DNA of 64,000 nucleotides from a virus (Duplodnaviria; Heunggongvirae; Uroviricota; Caudoviricetes): IMG/VR virus record IMGVR_UViG_3300028797_000009, positions 1 to 64,000 of that record; one strand, 5' to 3'. Shown piece by piece: positions 60,601 to 64,000 of this stretch (position 1 is its first letter; each line of letters starts with the position of its first letter). The notes under the pieces were generated by a model. It saw only the letters and a program-made list of their open reading frames with translations, ran no database searches and was not told where the DNA came from. The position numbers and the translations under genes were made by a program.

Positions 60601-61667
60601 TAATATGTAGAACTTTGTCTGCTGATGCCGCCACCACTGGTATTCGTTATCTTCGTGCTGTCTATCCTATATCTGCCGGGTTAAACAACAATACTTATAA
60701 GTTTGGTTCAGAGATTGGGAATTATAATGCCACTTCCAGAACTATCCAGGTCGACGTATTCAAAACTGCCGATGGTATTACTTGGAACGAAACAAAACCA
60801 AGTGGGACGATTTACACGAGTTCAAGCTATCAGACAAATAACTCTATTCAACCATATGCTACTCGTGGGTGGATGTTTAGAGCGCCTGCAAGTTTTAACG
60901 CTACTACTGCGGCTAGGGCAGATTGTATCCAGAGTTATGAAGGCTCTACGACTGGCTCTTCTGTAATTCAAAGTGGTGAAGCTGTTACAAATGGGCATCT
61001 TGCTTATCTTGCTGATGATGGGAAAGTGTATGATATAAGCAATACGACTAAGAATATGGTGGCAGACGAGTCTGGCATTGTGGGTATGATTACCAATACA
61101 TACGCTGCAAACAAGGCTATGGATTACCGCTATTTTAGAAGATTGTATAATATGAGCTCTACTCAAGTTGGCTATATCTCGCACGATACCCTAGCGCTTG
61201 GTTCGAGGGTATATCTTCGTTGTACGATGGACTCTAGTGGGAATATCCATTCTGGCAACTACTTGGCTACCTCAATGGCCGCTGGCTATACTTGGTTGCC
61301 ATTTGGCGTTGCTACTGCCACAAATACAATTTATATGGATGTTCGCAGACCTACCTTCTACACGCTGGACTCAAGTGGGAAGATTTCCCATATCAACGGA
61401 AAAGCCGTAGCTGGTACAACTTACACGGCTGGAGCACACATTAATATTACTGGTAGTACAATTAAGGCAGTAGATTACGTTCATTCTGAAAGTGGGGTGT
61501 CTGCTTCGACTGTTACTCAAACCGTGACGAATAGTATGATTGCAGATGGTACAATTAAATTTGCTAAAGTAGATTCAACAGAATTTGTGAAGTTAACAAT
61601 GTCGACAACGGATATTTCGGCTGGTTCTGCTTTGGCTAAAAATACATTATATGGGGTATATTCATAA
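57660..61667 (+). CDS. Large modular tail fibre / receptor-binding protein (paralog of 48273)
   Basis: 1335 aa. Two TVNNATLTIQKNG repeats, two KP(T/S)LATVATSGSYNDLSNKPTIP linkers, an SGGTMTGA motif, and one copy of the ~350-aa module (aa ~895-1240: FTWTVADTTYRPIYQFDNTGW...GIRYLRAVYPISAG). C-terminus TMSTTDISAGSALAKNTLYGVYS. Confidence 0.75.
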   Translation: MAAKKYLDETGLEHFWDKTAYKYGIERIEGTQSASTNAWTGTSLDKNCASSTIPTGKVIVYKLPYAGTSSAATLNLTLPDGTTSGAKNVKYNTGSNVTTTYGANCEIFMVYDGTNWKCAPWYDSNNYDRVRHNCAVKAAAAITNGTICVGTSAGYKMAASGTTFDIGYPILRAGEAVSSGSTSSAFYDVLTANLQTTKSGWTGTAYTQTWLVGTLSGTTFTIDSAVFTQTIPSTADGKVYTPIGITYDTKQIYLHPTNEYWEYRNGAFSPISTCPTLATVATSGSYNDLSNKPTIPAAQVNSDWNSSSGVSQILNKPTLATVATSGSYNDLSNKPTIPTVNNATLTIQKNGTTVKTFTANASSNVTANITVPTNNNELTNGAGYITSSGSITGNAATATKATQDSDGNAINTTYLKKSGGTMTGAITRALASSGTIADTNLFTVTGSTDGFGVNYSSTTADVGITTLYTTDDANAKLSLGNKISSTYKEAISIVNGSATVTGSVSGNAGTATKLETARTIGIGTGATGTATSFNGTANITIPITDVKESYVSWGGKQLTNNMISPDDMGCIDEFGHNKLAFLPASCIDVAYTTDGGTTWVDYGLTDAQKVKMVTTSGVSMYVGGSSDNATADNIANLKLRVRIAAGPTSGGKVYTAAKKLLINFSSQGAGGNKVQIRHRTIANYIAGTDTWINVGTYDIAGGSGWNSYPYVSTFGGSFSTQTGQIGQLEFIFYCTTLGTWGLKKPCAIDFRMIGATNWTMPSEMARAGHIYTFDENQVTTFPADVIVTGRVYPSADNSKDCGAGTKRWKDIYLSGALKNNTYTWSLPSKTGTVALTSDLPTVNNATLTIQKNGTNVQTFTANASSNVTANITVPTKTSDLTNNGADNTSTYIETDDAQIMAAGQGNVIPCFDGMTPIKTFTWTVADTTYRPIYQFDNTGWTRDNLNKTLAYRITVTGTNIKQVVDVNEQWFDPLSWPVTSVICRTLSADAATTGIRYLRAVYPISAGLNNNTYKFGSEIGNYNATSRTIQVDVFKTADGITWNETKPSGTIYTSSSYQTNNSIQPYATRGWMFRAPASFNATTAARADCIQSYEGSTTGSSVIQSGEAVTNGHLAYLADDGKVYDISNTTKNMVADESGIVGMITNTYAANKAMDYRYFRRLYNMSSTQVGYISHDTLALGSRVYLRCTMDSSGNIHSGNYLATSMAAGYTWLPFGVATATNTIYMDVRRPTFYTLDSSGKISHINGKAVAGTTYTAGAHINITGSTIKAVDYVHSESGVSASTVTQTVTNSMIADGTIKFAKVDSTEFVKLTMSTTDISAGSALAKNTLYGVYS

Positions 61668-62329
61668 TGGCGAGTGGATTTGGAACTTTTAGGTCATCTA
61701 CTTATGTGACATCTGGCTCAGGTCGTTTATTAACAACTGGCGTTGTTTCTCAAACAGTTGATTCTGCAAACAGAAAAGTTTATATTATCGTAATTACTCT
61801 TCTTACTTACTATAGGACTGGTTCTAGTGCATGGAAGCCTTCAACAAGTGAAACAATAACTAGATGGAATTCAGGTAATTATATCCGCGCTACAGTTGCG
61901 AATGAATCATATGATGCATATTATACGAGTGGAAGCACAAGAATCTACAATGAAATCGGTTTTAGAGGGTTGAATTCTGGAACTGTATATAGTGGCCAGT
62001 ATACTACAGTTGGTGATGGGGTATTTACTAACTACAATTTAGCTCAATCTGCTTTAACTAAAGAATTTACTTATAATGATAATGGAGATGCGATAACAAC
62101 TACTTGGGCATCTTCGATTAATTTAAATGGAACTGTATGTTCTGTTTCTGGTTCTGTTACTACTGATTCAATTGCACCACTATACAAATGTCATCTTTAT
62201 GGGCCTGTAAATGGTAGGGCTAGAGAAATTGGGAAATTATATGGTTCTGTAAATGGTGTGGCGAAAAAAATTACAAAACTATACGCTGGTGATGAGAATG
62301 GAATTGCTAGACTAATATATAAGGAATAA
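61667..62329 (+). CDS. fibre-associated protein with C-terminal K.Y.G.VNG repeats (paralog of 53611)
   Basis: 220 aa; ATGA overlap with the upstream fibre gene; C-terminus LYGPVNGRAREIGKLYGSVNGVAKKITKLYAGDENGIARLIY. Confidence 0.5.
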   Translation: MASGFGTFRSSTYVTSGSGRLLTTGVVSQTVDSANRKVYIIVITLLTYYRTGSSAWKPSTSETITRWNSGNYIRATVANESYDAYYTSGSTRIYNEIGFRGLNSGTVYSGQYTTVGDGVFTNYNLAQSALTKEFTYNDNGDAITTTWASSINLNGTVCSVSGSVTTDSIAPLYKCHLYGPVNGRAREIGKLYGSVNGVAKKITKLYAGDENGIARLIYKE

Positions 62330-62332
62330 CAA

Positions 62333-62896
62333 ATGGCTACATATATAAAAACATTAAAAGAAGATAATGGGGATATTACTTATCCACAGACTACTGCTGA
62401 TGCAGTTTTAAATACTAATGGCAGCTCAATTCAAGGAGGAACTGTTCAGGCTTTTTTGAACAATGCCGTAACGGCTGAGGAAATTGCAGTCGTGTCTGAG
62501 CAAACTCCAATGGTTTCGGCAAGTATGATTGACTGGTCGACAATGCAGCCAACGGTCACGACGCAATCAACATCGGCTTCTGCATGGTTCGCTCCAACAT
62601 GGTATAAGCGGGAATACCCAGACGGAAGAATAATTTACTCTTGTTATTGTCGCTCGATAAGTGTTACCTTTACTGGCAACCAATGGATAGGAAATTATAT
62701 TACGGCGCCTGTTGCTTTTAATTCGGCGAAGATGTCAGCTAGTATCTGTGTTTCGTCTGCAGACTCAGCTTTAATTTGCACTGGCAGCTTTATCAATGGC
62801 GATTCAGCTTTTAACGTTCACGTCCGTAACGCTTATACTGGTTCAGTAACTAACTATCTCGATGCGAACGCAAGGATTGAGGTGTTCCCAAACTAA
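62333..62896 (+). CDS. putative tail-fibre/structural protein (N-terminal T.K..G...YP.T motif)
   Basis: 187 aa; N-terminus MATYIKTLKEDNGDITYPQTTADAV is paralogous to the next gene. Confidence 0.45.
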   Translation: MATYIKTLKEDNGDITYPQTTADAVLNTNGSSIQGGTVQAFLNNAVTAEEIAVVSEQTPMVSASMIDWSTMQPTVTTQSTSASAWFAPTWYKREYPDGRIIYSCYCRSISVTFTGNQWIGNYITAPVAFNSAKMSASICVSSADSALICTGSFINGDSAFNVHVRNAYTGSVTNYLDANARIEVFPN

Positions 62897-62910
62897 TTAA
62901 GGAGTAAAAT

Positions 62911-63486
62911 ATGGCAAAAGCAGTAACATTAAAAGATAAAGACGGCACAGTGTTATACCCAGTTACATCGTGGGATTTAGTTGGCGGCAGTGAATCTGGG
63001 TGGCAATTAGTATCCGAAATAAAATTGGCGACCGCTGGTTCAAGTATGATTTGTTCCCTGCCGAATCAATATGATTGTTACAAAGTAATTGCGGCTGGAG
63101 AGTGGGTTAACGGTGTAAGCGATACATGGCTAGATTTTCGTATGCTTAATGGGACATCAACTATTGCTAGCACAGTTCAGCGTGTGTTTTGGCAGAACGC
63201 TAATGGAGCTGTCGCTGTTCTTACGGATAGACCTTGGCAGATAAACATAGAAAATTGCTATGCATACGACACTTTTAATCTAGAGTTCACATCGTTTAAA
63301 ACGGCGTCTACCCAATGGCGTAAGTTTCGCGCAATAGCAAATTGTTCTGGGCAAAATCAGTGGTATGCTCAAACTCAAGGACGAGCCCAGAATGCTACCG
63401 AGCCAACAGCATTTCAGGTCGTGAGTGGTGGGAATCTTGGTGCTGGAGCGTTCGTCAAAGTATTTGCATGCAATAAACCAGCGTGA
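62911..63486 (+). CDS. putative tail-fibre/structural protein (paralogous N-terminus)
   Basis: 191 aa; MAKAVTLKDKDGTVLYPVTSWDLV. Confidence 0.45.
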   Translation: MAKAVTLKDKDGTVLYPVTSWDLVGGSESGWQLVSEIKLATAGSSMICSLPNQYDCYKVIAAGEWVNGVSDTWLDFRMLNGTSTIASTVQRVFWQNANGAVAVLTDRPWQINIENCYAYDTFNLEFTSFKTASTQWRKFRAIANCSGQNQWYAQTQGRAQNATEPTAFQVVSGGNLGAGAFVKVFACNKPA

Positions 63487-63708
63487 TATATTAAATTTAT
63501 GAGATATGTAATCGAGTAAACATAGTCTTATAGTGGGGGATAAAGGGAACAGTGGTTTTTTAGTCTGATAGACCGGTAGAGTGTGTTTTATAGTAAACAC
63601 GTTCTATAGGTATTTTTATATAAAGTGGTTTTATATATCGTGGGTAACATATAAAGAAAGTGGCATATTTTTGATATAATTATCTTAGTGATAAAAGCGA
63701 TTGGGAAA

Positions 63709-64000
63709 ATGGATAAAAAACAAACAATTTTTGATGATATAAAAGAATGTAAGGGGTATATCTTGGGGGTTATTGGGTTTGCCACTACCGTAAGTGTATT
63801 TATGGTTCAGGTATTTCATTTTCAGTTAGAGCCGACATTAATAGGGGTGTGTAGTGTTGCCTTATGTATGTTGCTAATAGGTTTTTTTATCAACCGTTCG
63901 GAAAAAAGGGGTCATATTGCTTTAGAACAACGTAGGCAAGAATCTTTGGACAGAACTAACCAACTTCAGAAATCTTTGGATGAGATAAAAAAACTAACTC
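63709..64000 (+). CDS. membrane protein, possible holin-like (3' end outside window)
   Basis: ATG at 63709 after a tgatataat promoter. GYILGVIGFATTVSVFMVQVF and LIGVCSVALCMLLIGFFI are TM segments; coiled coil follows. Position after the tail genes suggests a lysis cassette. Confidence 0.35.
   Translation, partial: MDKKQTIFDDIKECKGYILGVIGFATTVSVFMVQVFHFQLEPTLIGVCSVALCMLLIGFFINRSEKRGHIALEQRRQESLDRTNQLQKSLDEIKKLT

Noticed and set aside
1-64000. Lysogeny or mobile-element signals (integrase, repressor/Cro pair, att repeats, transposase)
   Set aside because: I found no tyrosine- or serine-recombinase motifs, no CI-like repressor and no IS-like genes in any frame, so the window gives no support for a prophage or mobile element. 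The sequence reads as a lytic phage genome segment.

Overview
The window is a gene-dense 64-kb stretch of an AT-rich (~34% GC) tailed dsDNA phage, most likely from a low-GC Gram-positive (Firmicutes) host. No integrase or repressor is visible, so it is probably lytic. Left to right it contains: (1) a leftward early operon (1-4328, minus strand) with a Rad52/Sak-like annealing protein, a YqaJ/lambda-exo-like PD-(D/E)XK exonuclease, a KxDG ligase and the end of an SLT-like membrane protein. (2) A long rightward early/middle region (4460-32700) with a replication-organiser-like protein, an orphan HicA, a DEDDh exonuclease, a T4-like polynucleotide kinase/phosphatase, SSB, a Stealth-like sugar-phosphotransferase, a 7-deazaguanine DNA-modification cluster (YhhQ transporter, QueF-like, QueC, HAD, DpdA-like TGT, two ParB-like paralogs), a second ligase-family nucleotidyltransferase, about 40 small genes (two YopX paralogs, an SPFH/band-7 protein), four tRNA genes, and a GT2 glycosyltransferase behind a structured leader. 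(3) Packaging genes (TerS, TerL at 32856-34781). (4) An unusual head-cargo region (36479-46723): a ~1000-aa portal-like/MuF protein, and four proteins that each start with a conserved Gly-rich motif (NGGxGSGNFGHAGRPG / NKGNPYHD.GRF) in front of different enzymatic domains (HExxH metalloprotease, C3-like ADP-ribosyltransferase, P-loop domain). (5) A small antisense three-gene island. (6) A large modular tail-fiber region (47806-63486) with internal duplications. One promoter-leader-RBS cassette (TTGAC..TTTTCATATATAATGAAAATGGGGG..AAAGAAAGGAAAAATATG) recurs at least eight times on both strands. Several GC-rich ORF-free islands look like structured RNAs. Functional calls rest on motifs I recognised by eye; start codons were adjusted using RBS and promoter context.
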